Assembly: GCA_965237835.1 (NCBI GenBank)
Contig: OZ250160.1
Coordinates: forward strand, 18,371 to 82,370
Source of the DNA: Candidatus Poribacteria bacterium
GTDB lineage: Bacteria; Poribacteria; WGA-4E; WGA-3G
DNA length: 64,000 bases
Direction: 5' to 3'
The position numbers and the translations under genes were made by a program. Position 1 is the stretch's first letter. Each line of letters begins with the position of its first letter. Positions 39,140-47,734 of the stretch are shown piece by piece. The notes beneath the pieces are model-generated. The model was not told where the DNA came from and did not search any database. It was given only the letters and a program-made list of their open reading frames with translations.

Positions 39140-39856
39140 ATGTTTTATCGAATCACGACCTTCTTTGCAATTATCTGTTTTTCTGTTGTTATAGCAGGAT
39201 GCAGTGCTATGTTCTCTGAACAAGAATGGAGCACTAACTATGCGCTTCTTGATGGTGCACATGCAATAAATCCTGAAATGATTGATGGCGACATCGGCAC
39301 AGTAGGCGTAACAAGTTATCAATCAACATCTAATAATGTCCGTAATGTAACGAATCCTTCACCTGAAGTTGTCATCACCTTACCTGAAAAAAAGGTAATC
39401 CGTCGGATCGTAATTCACTCAGATAACATCGTTAAGTTCAACCTTTACGCAGATAAAGGTGGCAGTGCCCTATCAGATACAGATTGGAAGTTGATAAAGG
39501 AGGCGAAAGCAGTCAAATCAAGTCCGATTGTCATCCCCATTTTATATTCATTTCCTACTGATAAAATTCGGCTTGTAGTATTAGGTACATCTGACGACGC
39601 AGCATTAACACGTAAAGAAGGTGCGCGTCAAATTCGAAGTATTGCTGCAACCCCGGCAAGTGGTTCATCGTGAGGAACTACAGCCTGCGAGACCGGTGGT
39701 CCCGTACGTCTACGCGCCTCTGCTAAGATTAGTGAAATTGAGATCTATGGCTACGAATCAGTTCAAAAACCGGCTGATGATCCAATAACAGAAGAACATA
39801 CTGATGATCCAGTAGCAAAAGAACATAATGTATTTTCAATAATAGACCGATATTAG
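39140..39856 (+). CDS. Lipoprotein (discoidin/F5-8-like) with in-frame TGA at 39671; candidate selenoprotein or nonsense pseudogene
   Basis: Lipobox IAGC; the frame stays open past the TGA and encodes KISEIEIYGY, identical to the downstream paralog. Confidence 0.7.
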
Positions 39857-39880
39857 GCAACAGTAAAGTTAGTTGTGTTT

Positions 39881-39922
39881 AGAAAAAGGGAATTTCTTAT
39901 AAACAGAAATTCCCTTTTTCTA
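39881..39922. terminator. Inverted repeat, probable intrinsic terminator
   Basis: AGAAAAAGGGAATTTC...GAAATTCCCTTTTTCT, located just after the TAG at 39856 rather than after the TGA. Confidence 0.7.
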
Positions 39923-40050
39923 ATTCTTCTCTTCACTATAAATTTCTAAACTAAAAAATAAAATTCTAATTCATTCACAGTGCCTTATAGTTTGCACATT
40001 CCCGTATCTATCCTTTTTCTAACACCTTACATTCCTTTTGTATCTTTTTC

Positions 40051-40078
40051 TTGACAAAATTTGAAAAAATGATATAAT
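40051..40078 (+). promoter_or_regulatory. Consensus sigma70 promoter
   Basis: TTGACA-16 nt-TATAAT with extended TG. Confidence 0.7.
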
Positions 40079-40315
40079 CCAATTCACGGGTATTGGAAGA
40101 TTTCAGTCTGCCAAACAAGTCTCAATCTAAACGCGAAATATAATACTAACGATAGTAATGCCGTTGAAGTCGAAACAGTAGAGATGATAAAGACACACTA
40201 CTTTGAAAAGTCGAATGTCTACTCCCGTTAAAGAAACACCAGACTCAATGAATTTTTCTGAGACAACCGCCTACATATTTCTTGCTTCACCTCAGATTTA
40301 CAAGGAGTTTACAAA

Positions 40316-40984
40316 ATGTTTAAACGATTCACCGTTTTTCTATCACTTTTCGGTCTTGCTGTAATTTCGGTAGGTTGCCATATCTTAATTGCTGAACAGG
40401 AATGGAGCGAAAATTACGCACTGATGGATGGTGCCCAATCAACGGTTCCACAAGTGATTGATGGAAATCTCAACACTATAGGTGAGACACAAGCTATGGC
40501 AGCTGGAGTATACTCCTATGGGAGAACCGCAGGATCAGAAATTATAATCACTTTACCTGAAAAAAAGCAAATCCGCAAACTCGTAATCCATTCTGATAAT
40601 ATCAAGAAGCTCAATCTCTATGCAGATAAAGGGGGAACCGCGCTTTCTGACACAGATTGGCAGTTAATTAAGGAGATAAAGAGTGTCAAGTCATATCCAT
40701 TGGAGATTCCAATAGTATACGCTTTTCCCACTCAACGGATACGTCTGGTAATTTTAGACACATCGGATGACGCATCTTTGTATCGAAGAGATAAAGCAAA
40801 TTTTTACACCGAGACTACAGCAGAGCAGAGAAATTCTTTCGGATCAACACGTGGTATGTTTAGGCGTAGCTACAACGGCAAAATAAGTGAAATTGAAATC
40901 TACGGTTACAAATCTGCACAAGAAACAGCATCTGCGAATACAGAGAACAAACGTGAAGAAGAACTTGATACTATACTGGAATAG
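40316..40984 (+). CDS. Lipoprotein, paralog of 39140-39856
   Basis: Lipobox SVGC; shares EQEWS.NYAL.DG, ITLPEKK, LYADKGG.ALSDTDW and KISEIEIYGY. Confidence 0.85.
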   Translation: MFKRFTVFLSLFGLAVISVGCHILIAEQEWSENYALMDGAQSTVPQVIDGNLNTIGETQAMAAGVYSYGRTAGSEIIITLPEKKQIRKLVIHSDNIKKLNLYADKGGTALSDTDWQLIKEIKSVKSYPLEIPIVYAFPTQRIRLVILDTSDDASLYRRDKANFYTETTAEQRNSFGSTRGMFRRSYNGKISEIEIYGYKSAQETASANTENKREEELDTILE

Positions 40985-41041
40985 AACTGGTTACTTTTCT
41001 TTTGACATGAAAAACCGAAATTCAGAAATATAAACACCGCT

Positions 41042-41524
41042 ATGAAGTATTTCGCTTATGGTTCGAATCTCAATATTAAACAGATGCAGTGGAGATGTCC
41101 GAATGCTGTCCCTCTTGGTGCATACACATTGCAAGGCTACCAACTCGTTTTTCGGGTCTATGCTGATATAATCCCTGTAACCAATAAGTCTGTTAAGGGA
41201 GGACTCTGGGAAATTTCTGAAAAAGATGAGAAATCTCTTGACAGATACGAGGGGTACCCAACCGTATATAAGAAATATTACGAACGGGATATCATGTTTT
41301 ACCGAATGATTAACGATGTACGAGACTTAGAATTGCCGAGTTTGGGGTATCTTGAGGGTTTGCTTGAAGGAATGGAAAACTTCGGATTCTCTCCTCTTGA
41401 AGATTTAAATACTAATCTTGGAAACCCTCCAACCCAAAATCTTGCTAAAGATGGAGATCTTCTACAGCATGCAATACGTCTGATTGCGGATGCTATGGAT
41501 ATCCAACTATTGGACGAGGATTAA
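41042..41524 (+). CDS. Gamma-glutamylcyclotransferase family protein
   Basis: YFAYGSNL...QM..RCP, LDRYEG.P..Y. Confidence 0.88.
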   Translation: MKYFAYGSNLNIKQMQWRCPNAVPLGAYTLQGYQLVFRVYADIIPVTNKSVKGGLWEISEKDEKSLDRYEGYPTVYKKYYERDIMFYRMINDVRDLELPSLGYLEGLLEGMENFGFSPLEDLNTNLGNPPTQNLAKDGDLLQHAIRLIADAMDIQLLDED

Positions 41525-41615
41525 ATCATTCTTGACTTCACAGTTATTCCCCTTAAATGTTCAAACCGTTGCATCTTAGCAACGGTTTGAACATTTGTAT
41601 AATTTCTTTTTTTAC

Positions 41616-42563
41616 CTATAAGATCGTCAATTCATCTTCCTCACCACTCTCCAGTAGCACTTTATCCAGTTCTATAGCAATTTTACCGAAAGCTGCTGCT
41701 TGCGGTGAATCCGGATGTCCCGCTACGATTGGAACACCGAGATCACCTGCCGTACAAACTTCAGCGTCAAGCGGGATCTCTCCCAAAAATGCTACACCAA
41801 ACCTCTCACTCGTATTTTTACCACCATCTGCACTGAATATCTCAGTCTTTTCATTACAATGCGGACAGAGGAAGTAGCTCATATTTTCAATGATCCCCAG
41901 AATCGGTACTCCAAGACGTTCAAACATTGCCACACCCCGCCGCACATCTGCCAAGGCGACATCTTGTGGAGTTGTCACAATAACAGCACCTGTAAGCGGA
42001 ATTGCCTGCGTTAAGGTAAGTGCAACATCTCCTGTACCGGGTGGCAGGTCAATGATGAGGTAATCCAGTTCATCCCACTGCACATCGGTCAGAAATTGAC
42101 GAATAGCACTATGTAACATCGGTCCACGCCAGATCATCGCTTGTTCTTCGGGCACCATAAACCCGATAGACATCAGTTTTATATCGTGCCGAACAAGAGG
42201 AATCAGCTTACGTTCCGGGCTAGTACGAGGTTTCTCTTGGACACCCATCATAGTAGGGATGCTGGGTCCATAGGCATCGGCGTCCATCAACCCAACTGCG
42301 GCACCGGTTTTTGCAAGCGAGATCGCCAAATTGGTAGCAACGGTTGACTTGCCAACACCGCCCTTTCCGCTTGCCACTGCAATCTTATACTTGATATTTG
42401 GCAATGTAATATTCTGTTGTGGAGCTTGTTGCTGCTGGGGGGTTGGTTGTTGCGGACGTTTACCTGAAATCTCGGATCCACTAATTACTTGCAGTTCAGG
42501 ATGTGGTTTTGATACCGGTTCATTTGTATTTTTGTCTTTTTCGCCTTTTTTAAAAAATTTCAA
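41616..42563 (-). CDS. mrp: Mrp/NBP35 (ApbC) Fe-S cluster carrier ATPase
   Basis: ASGKGGVGKST, DAD.YGPS, WRGPM, DLPPGTGD, ENMS...CPHC. Confidence 0.95.
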   Translation of the reverse strand: MKFFKKGEKDKNTNEPVSKPHPELQVISGSEISGKRPQQPTPQQQQAPQQNITLPNIKYKIAVASGKGGVGKSTVATNLAISLAKTGAAVGLMDADAYGPSIPTMMGVQEKPRTSPERKLIPLVRHDIKLMSIGFMVPEEQAMIWRGPMLHSAIRQFLTDVQWDELDYLIIDLPPGTGDVALTLTQAIPLTGAVIVTTPQDVALADVRRGVAMFERLGVPILGIIENMSYFLCPHCNEKTEIFSADGGKNTSERFGVAFLGEIPLDAEVCTAGDLGVPIVAGHPDSPQAAAFGKIAIELDKVLLESGEEDELTIL

Positions 42564-42707
42564 TGTCTTTTCTCCTTCTCCAAAATATCTTTACATAATA
42601 ATGCCATAAAAACCACTGAATTGCCAATCTTTTTTACGAAGAGTTATGTTGTCGTAGAAATTACAACACACCAAAAATACTACCATTTTTTCAAAAAATC
42701 CTGTATA

Positions 42708-42797
42708 ATACCCAATTAACGGGATTTGTAGCGCGAGGTCCCCGTGCCTCGCAATGCTGACTTTATCGGAAAACTTCTAATCAAGTTAATTTGGTAT
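42708..42797. mobile_element. Family-A MITE
   Basis: Canonical TIRs and REP core; the right end reads TGGTATAAT toward the ThuA gene. Confidence 0.85.
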
Positions 42798-42834
42798 AAT
42801 ATCCAACAAATTGCAAGTTTTGAAAGGAAAAACA

Positions 42835-43500
42835 ATGAACATTCTGATGTTACGTCATTCTGCAGGCTTTGAGCATAGTTACTTACCGAATGCAGAAGTC
42901 GCGCTGAAAGAGATTGGTGCAGCAAACGGTTGGAGGGTTACCACAACCCATCGCTGTGATAGAATTACGGAAAATAATTTAGCAAAACAGGATATCGTTG
43001 CATTCGCAACAACTGGAAATTTACCGTTTGATGATTCCCAAAAAGAAGCTTTACTCAACTTTGTCCGCAATGGCAAAGGATTCTTCGGGATTCACAATGC
43101 TACCGATACCTGTTACGATTGGCCAGAATTTGGAGAAATGCTCGGTGGCTATTTCAACGGACATCCGTGGCACGAAGAGGTCAACGTCATCGTTGAAGAT
43201 ACCGATCACCCTGCGACTCGGATGCTTGGCGATAGTTTCAAGGTTGTTGATGAAATCTACACTTTCAAAAGTTGGTCTCGTGAGAAGACGCATGTCCTAA
43301 TGCGTTTAGACAACGATTCAATTGATGTGTCACGCGGCAACCGCGATGATGACGATTATGCACTCGGTTGGTGTCATACTTACGGCAAGGGGCGCGTGAT
43401 GTATACTGCGTTCGGTCACCCAGACGTTCTCTGGAATCAGCCGTGGTTCCACGAACACATTACCGGATGCCTAAAATGGGCAGGCGGCTTAGAAGATTAA
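42835..43500 (+). CDS. ThuA domain protein
   Basis: GFEH, G.GF.GIH.A.D, GG.F.GHP, DEIY, G.GR..YTA.GH. Confidence 0.88.
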   Translation: MNILMLRHSAGFEHSYLPNAEVALKEIGAANGWRVTTTHRCDRITENNLAKQDIVAFATTGNLPFDDSQKEALLNFVRNGKGFFGIHNATDTCYDWPEFGEMLGGYFNGHPWHEEVNVIVEDTDHPATRMLGDSFKVVDEIYTFKSWSREKTHVLMRLDNDSIDVSRGNRDDDDYALGWCHTYGKGRVMYTAFGHPDVLWNQPWFHEHITGCLKWAGGLED

Positions 43501-43526
43501 CTTAAGAAATCTTCTCTCTTTTCATT

Positions 43527-43561
43527 GTAGGGGCAGGTCTCTGTGCCTGCCCTATTTTTTT
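43527..43561 (+). terminator. GTAG-REP hairpin followed by a U-tract
   Basis: GTAGGGGCAGGTCTCTGTGCCTGCCCTATTTTTTT. Confidence 0.6.
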
Positions 43562-43690
43562 GTACACGGAACATGCAAGGCACGGAGACCTCGCGCTACT
43601 GTTTTATCACGCTTACGGACTGAAAACCCAATCCTTTAGGTTTAGGATGAAAGTTCGCCCTTTTGTCCCAGACCAAAAGACCAAATCTCC

Positions 43691-43811
43691 CAGAGCTATT
43701 TAGTTTTCCAATAATTTTGAACTTTTGCTCAAGACTCTTCCTGTCCGAGCGAGTTCCAACTCGCGACTTTCCGATTAAAATGGATAAAAAGCCGAAAACT
43801 AAATAGCCCTA
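43691..43811. mobile_element. Family-B MITE with one REP-like hairpin
   Basis: CAGAGCTATTTAGTTTTC...GAAAACTAAATAGCCCTA. Confidence 0.7.
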
Positions 43812-43820
43812 CCCATCTCC

Positions 43821-44224
43821 CAGAGCCATTCAATTGTCCGGTAGTTTTCTTCTGTAGGAGCGATCTCCGAATCGCGACCTCTTACTCTTCTGTAGGAGCG
43901 ATCTCCGAATCGCGACCTCTTACTCTTCTGTAGGAGCGATCTCCGAATCGCGACCTCTTACTCTTCTGTAGGAGCGATCTCCGAATCGCGACCTCTTACT
44001 CTTCTGTAGGAGCGATCTCCGAATCGCGACCTCTTACTCTTCTGTCCGAGCGATCTCCGAATCGCGACCCTCCCCTCCTCTGTCCGAGCGATCTCCGAAT
44101 CGCGACCTCCTCTCTTCTGTCCGAGCGATCTCCGAATCGCGACCTCCTATATTCTGTAGGAGCGATCTCCGAATCGCGATCTTCTCTAAAATGTCCTGAA
44201 AAACTTGAAAACTGAATGGCTCTG
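43821..44224. mobile_element. Family-B MITE containing nine tandem 37-38 bp REP units
   Basis: TIR CAGAGCCATTCA/TGAATGGCTCTG; 9-bp direct repeat CCCATCTCC on both sides; unit GT(AG/CC)GAGCGATCTCCGAATCGCGAC plus a pyrimidine linker. Confidence 0.85.
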
Positions 44225-44320
44225 CCCATCTCCGAAATCAGATTGACAATTGACTTATGATATGCTAAATTGTCCAGGACTGATAATCGCACCTATTAGT
44301 TTTTGCAAAACTTTCCTTGA

Positions 44321-45439
44321 GTGGAGAAGAAATTGAACAAAAATAAAGCAGATGTAGCAATAATTGGTGGTGGTATAATCGGTTGTTCTATTGCCTATGA
44401 ACTGGCTAAAAGGCAGTTAGATGTAATCTTAATTGAGAAAGCATCCCGTGTCGGAACGGAAGCATCTTGGGCAGGTGCGGGGATTTTAACATCACATGCA
44501 TCAACCCACGAACCCTATCCAGAATTATGTCGCGCAAGTCTTGCTATGTACCCCACATTAGCGGAAGAACTGAAATCTGAGACAGATATAGATATTGAAT
44601 TTATCCGTTCAGGGACACTTTCTGTCTTTTTTGACGAAGCGGAGGCTTCGGGTTTAATCGGTTTAGCAGAACGAAGAGTTAACCGAGGATTTTCTGCTGA
44701 AGTACTATCTCCTGAACAGGCGTGGCAATTAGAACCTTCTGTTTCAAAATCTATTGCTGGAGCAGTGCTATTTCCTGAAGATGGACATGTGCGAAACCCT
44801 AAAATGGTTACCGCTTTAGCAAAAGGTGCTGCCAAATTCGGTGCAAAATTCCTTGTAGGAAATCCTGTTACTGGATTTATCAGAAAAAACGAACAGGTGG
44901 TTAGCGCAGTTGTCAACGGTGAAACTATTCATGCCGACTCATTCGTGATTGCTGCCGGGTGTTGGGCTAGCAATCTGACAGCATTGCTGGACTTTCATAT
45001 CTCAATTTCTCCTGCTAAAGGACAGATAGTCCTGCTTGAAACGATGCCTCCGATATTCCAACGGACAATAGATGGTTTGGGCATCTATATTGTGCCGCGT
45101 GCAGATGGGAAGATACTGCTCGGTGCAACGGTAGAATTCGTCGGATTCGATAAAACACCTTCAGTTGACGGTGTCAAGCAGATGATTGACGCCGCTGTTG
45201 AAATAGCACCAGAACTTGCACAAAGCGCATTTGTACAAACATGGACAGGCTTGCGTCCATATTACAAAAAGGGTCCGTGTCTCGGATATCTGCCTGGCTA
45301 TGACAATGTTGTATTGGCATCTGGCCATTACAAGAATGGTATTCTGCTTGCACCGATTACGGGAAAACTCATTGCTGAATTACTTACCACAGAACAGACA
45401 TCGTTGTCTCTGGAGCCTTTTCAACCGATAAGGTTATAA
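44321..45439 (+). CDS. thiO: Glycine oxidase
   Basis: IGGGIIG, ASWAGAGIL, KGQ, YIVPR, GLRP, GHYKNGILLAP. Confidence 0.85.
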   Translation: MEKKLNKNKADVAIIGGGIIGCSIAYELAKRQLDVILIEKASRVGTEASWAGAGILTSHASTHEPYPELCRASLAMYPTLAEELKSETDIDIEFIRSGTLSVFFDEAEASGLIGLAERRVNRGFSAEVLSPEQAWQLEPSVSKSIAGAVLFPEDGHVRNPKMVTALAKGAAKFGAKFLVGNPVTGFIRKNEQVVSAVVNGETIHADSFVIAAGCWASNLTALLDFHISISPAKGQIVLLETMPPIFQRTIDGLGIYIVPRADGKILLGATVEFVGFDKTPSVDGVKQMIDAAVEIAPELAQSAFVQTWTGLRPYYKKGPCLGYLPGYDNVVLASGHYKNGILLAPITGKLIAELLTTEQTSLSLEPFQPIRL

Positions 45440-45602
45440 GTTTCCTCAGAACATCTAAACAACAGCGATTTTATAAGTTTAGGCTTTAACATTTTTTAAT
45501 ATCACCTATAAGCATAGTATTTAGCGTTTTGAAACTGGAATTCGATATTCAATTTTTTCATAGAGTTCATCTACTTTTTGATCTCCGGAGGTAAAGCAAG
45601 TT

Positions 45603-45800
45603 ATGGGAGACCTTATCGTATTTCTTCAAGTTATGGGATACCTTATCGTATTTCTTATTGGGTTGTCTTTTGTAATTTTTTGGATGGTTGTCTTTTGGCG
45701 CTTAATGTGTGCACACGAAAAAATCGCTGATTCTGTTGAATGGTTAGCGCGACAAAATCATAGACAGGAACAACAACCAAATTCGTTGGGAGACGATTAA
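45603..45800 (+). CDS. Small membrane protein
   Basis: GGAGG RBS, one TM helix, WRLM.AHEKIA; 30-bp tandem duplication at the start. Confidence 0.6.
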   Translation: MGDLIVFLQVMGYLIVFLIGLSFVIFWMVVFWRLMCAHEKIADSVEWLARQNHRQEQQPNSLGDD

Positions 45801-45895
45801 GGATATCAATACACAACGAAAATGACCCCATGTAGAGTTCTTATATGTGCAGGGTCATTTTCTTTGATTGATAAAACTCGTTACTTAGGAGACAA

Positions 45896-46285
45896 ATGAA
45901 TCCACATATTACTATCGTTACACTTGGAGTTGAAGACTTGCAACGCTCCATCGAATTTTACCAAAATGGGTTAGGTTTCCCACGAATGGATGATTCAGAT
46001 AGTATTGCATTCTTTAAAATGACTGGAATAATACTTGGACTCTACCCAAGAGATAAACTGGCAGAAGATATTACGATCTCACCTGAAGGAACAGGTTTTC
46101 AAGGATTCACACTTGCTCACAACGTTGATTCTCCAGAGGAAGTAGACCGCACTCTTGAAGAAGCGGTTGAAGCAGGTGCAGAACTTGTCAAACTGGGACA
46201 GAAGGTATTTTGGGGAGGCTATTCAGGTTACTTTAAAGACCCGGATGGGTTTTATTGGGAAGTTGCACATAACCCGTTTCTATAA
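45896..46285 (+). CDS. VOC/glyoxalase family protein
   Basis: TLGV.DL.RS..FY, FWGGYSGYF.DPDG..WEVA.NP. Confidence 0.92.
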   Translation: MNPHITIVTLGVEDLQRSIEFYQNGLGFPRMDDSDSIAFFKMTGIILGLYPRDKLAEDITISPEGTGFQGFTLAHNVDSPEEVDRTLEEAVEAGAELVKLGQKVFWGGYSGYFKDPDGFYWEVAHNPFL

Positions 46286-46341
46286 ATAGCAGTTGATACT
46301 ATTTAATGATTACGAAAAGAATAATTTGGAGTTGATAATTT

Positions 46342-47351
46342 ATGGACAAAATTAGGATTGCTTTTATCGGTTGTGGCGGTATGTCATCGATTTTACAACA
46401 GTGCATTCCGATGATACCTGAGTTTGAATTTGTTGCTACATGTGACCTCGTAGAAGAGAAGGCGAAATCAAACGCACGTAGGTTTGGAGCACTCCGTCAT
46501 TACACAGATTACAATGAGATGTTCAAAAATGAAGACCTCTACGCAGTTGCAGTAGTAGGCAGACCAGAGGACAAACTACATCGCGATATCGGCATAGAAT
46601 GTCTTCAACGTGGGTATCATATCTATACTGAAAAACCGCCTGCCACAACTGCTGATGGCGCGAAAATGTTGGTTGATACGTCAATTAAAACAGGTAAAAC
46701 GGGTATGGTTGGCACTATGTGGCGACATGCGCCTGCACATCAAATTGCTAAACGGTTGATTGATGAAGACGATTTTGGTTCAGCATGCCAATACCATACA
46801 CGTTATCTTGCCCCAGGTCCACGACTTCAGCATGCTGGATCTCCCTTTGCTTGGCCCTTCATGCTTGACCAAGTGATTCATCCTACAGATTGCATGCGTT
46901 TCTTTATGGGACAGGTCGCAGAAGTCTACGCTATGGGAACAGTGGATTCTGCCTCAAGTAGTGTCTCAATTTCCGTTATGAGAATGGCGGTATCGGCACT
47001 ATGACGCTCGGTACAGGACCGGTTTTAGAAGCGATGGTGTTTATCAAAGGCACAAACAATCAGGCGATTCAGGTGTTTGAAACGCGGAAGTTGCGTCGTT
47101 ACCGTGTCCCTACATGGCTCGGTAGTGGCGGTGGCTATGCCGATACACCTACTGAAGAATGGAATCTCAATACTGCATACCACGGTATTAGTAGACCGGG
47201 CTATCTTGAAGAGATGCGCCATTGGGCACAATCCTTGAAGGCTGGCACACAACCTCACTCAAGTCTTGAAGATGCTTATCAGAACATGCGTGTTTTGGAA
47301 GCAATTAGTCATAGCATTGAAACGGGAGAGATAGTGAAAATATCTGTTTAA
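46342..47351 (+). pseudogene. Gfo/Idh/MocA oxidoreductase, frameshifted near 46970
   Basis: IGCGG and EKP in ORF1; the alternative frame reads FRYENGGIGTMTLG into ORF2, which holds the typical C-terminus. Confidence 0.75.
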
Positions 47352-47460
47352 CTTCAGAATTTATATGTGCATTTATCACTTTTCCCGCCAAGACCCCATG
47401 CTTTAGCTTGTGGGTCAAAAAACGCTGACTTTTATCCTTATTTGTGATATACTCTATATA

Positions 47461-47583
47461 ATGCCAAATTAACGGGATTTGTCCTATTTTCCGGACGGTA
47501 GGTGCGGTTTTGCGGTGTACTCACCCAAATGCGATCTGCATTCCTAACCGCACCGATAGATTGGAATCAAGTTAATTTGGTAT
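47461..47583. mobile_element. Family-A MITE, long variant (inverted near-copy of 5215-5339)
   Basis: Shares GTAGGTGCGGTTTTGCGGTGTACTCACCCAAATGCGATCTGCATTCCTAACCGCACC. Confidence 0.85.
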
Positions 47584-47622
47584 AACCCACTTAGTGGTAG
47601 GGGAAACCGTCACGCCTACGAC

Positions 47623-47700
47623 ACCTTGACATCTGAAACCAAACAAGAAGTCATCAGCAACACTAGGGAAACAATTGAAGGATACATTATTGATTTCTAA
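47623..47700 (+). pseudogene. Possible HicB-like antitoxin remnant
   Basis: SETKQEVISNTRETIEGYI resembles HicB GET.EEA..N.REAIE.Y. Confidence 0.3.
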
Positions 47701-47734
47701 TTGCTAATCAAAATTGGCAACGCAGGAGGAAGCC

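Noticed and set aside
40105-40165. c-di-GMP-I riboswitch
   Set aside because: Scattered words resemble the consensus, but no GNRA-capped P2 stem or convincing P3 can be formed.
43848-44180. CRISPR array
   Set aside because: Linkers are only about 12 nt and nearly identical, there are no unique spacers or cas genes, and the array lies inside a TIR/TSD-bounded element.
43996-44292. 98-aa ORF
   Set aside because: It is a translation of the REP tandem array.
47388-47460. Fourth full copy of the IS605-type element
   Set aside because: Only the left-end hairpin and a decayed promoter remain, cut off by a family-A MITE.
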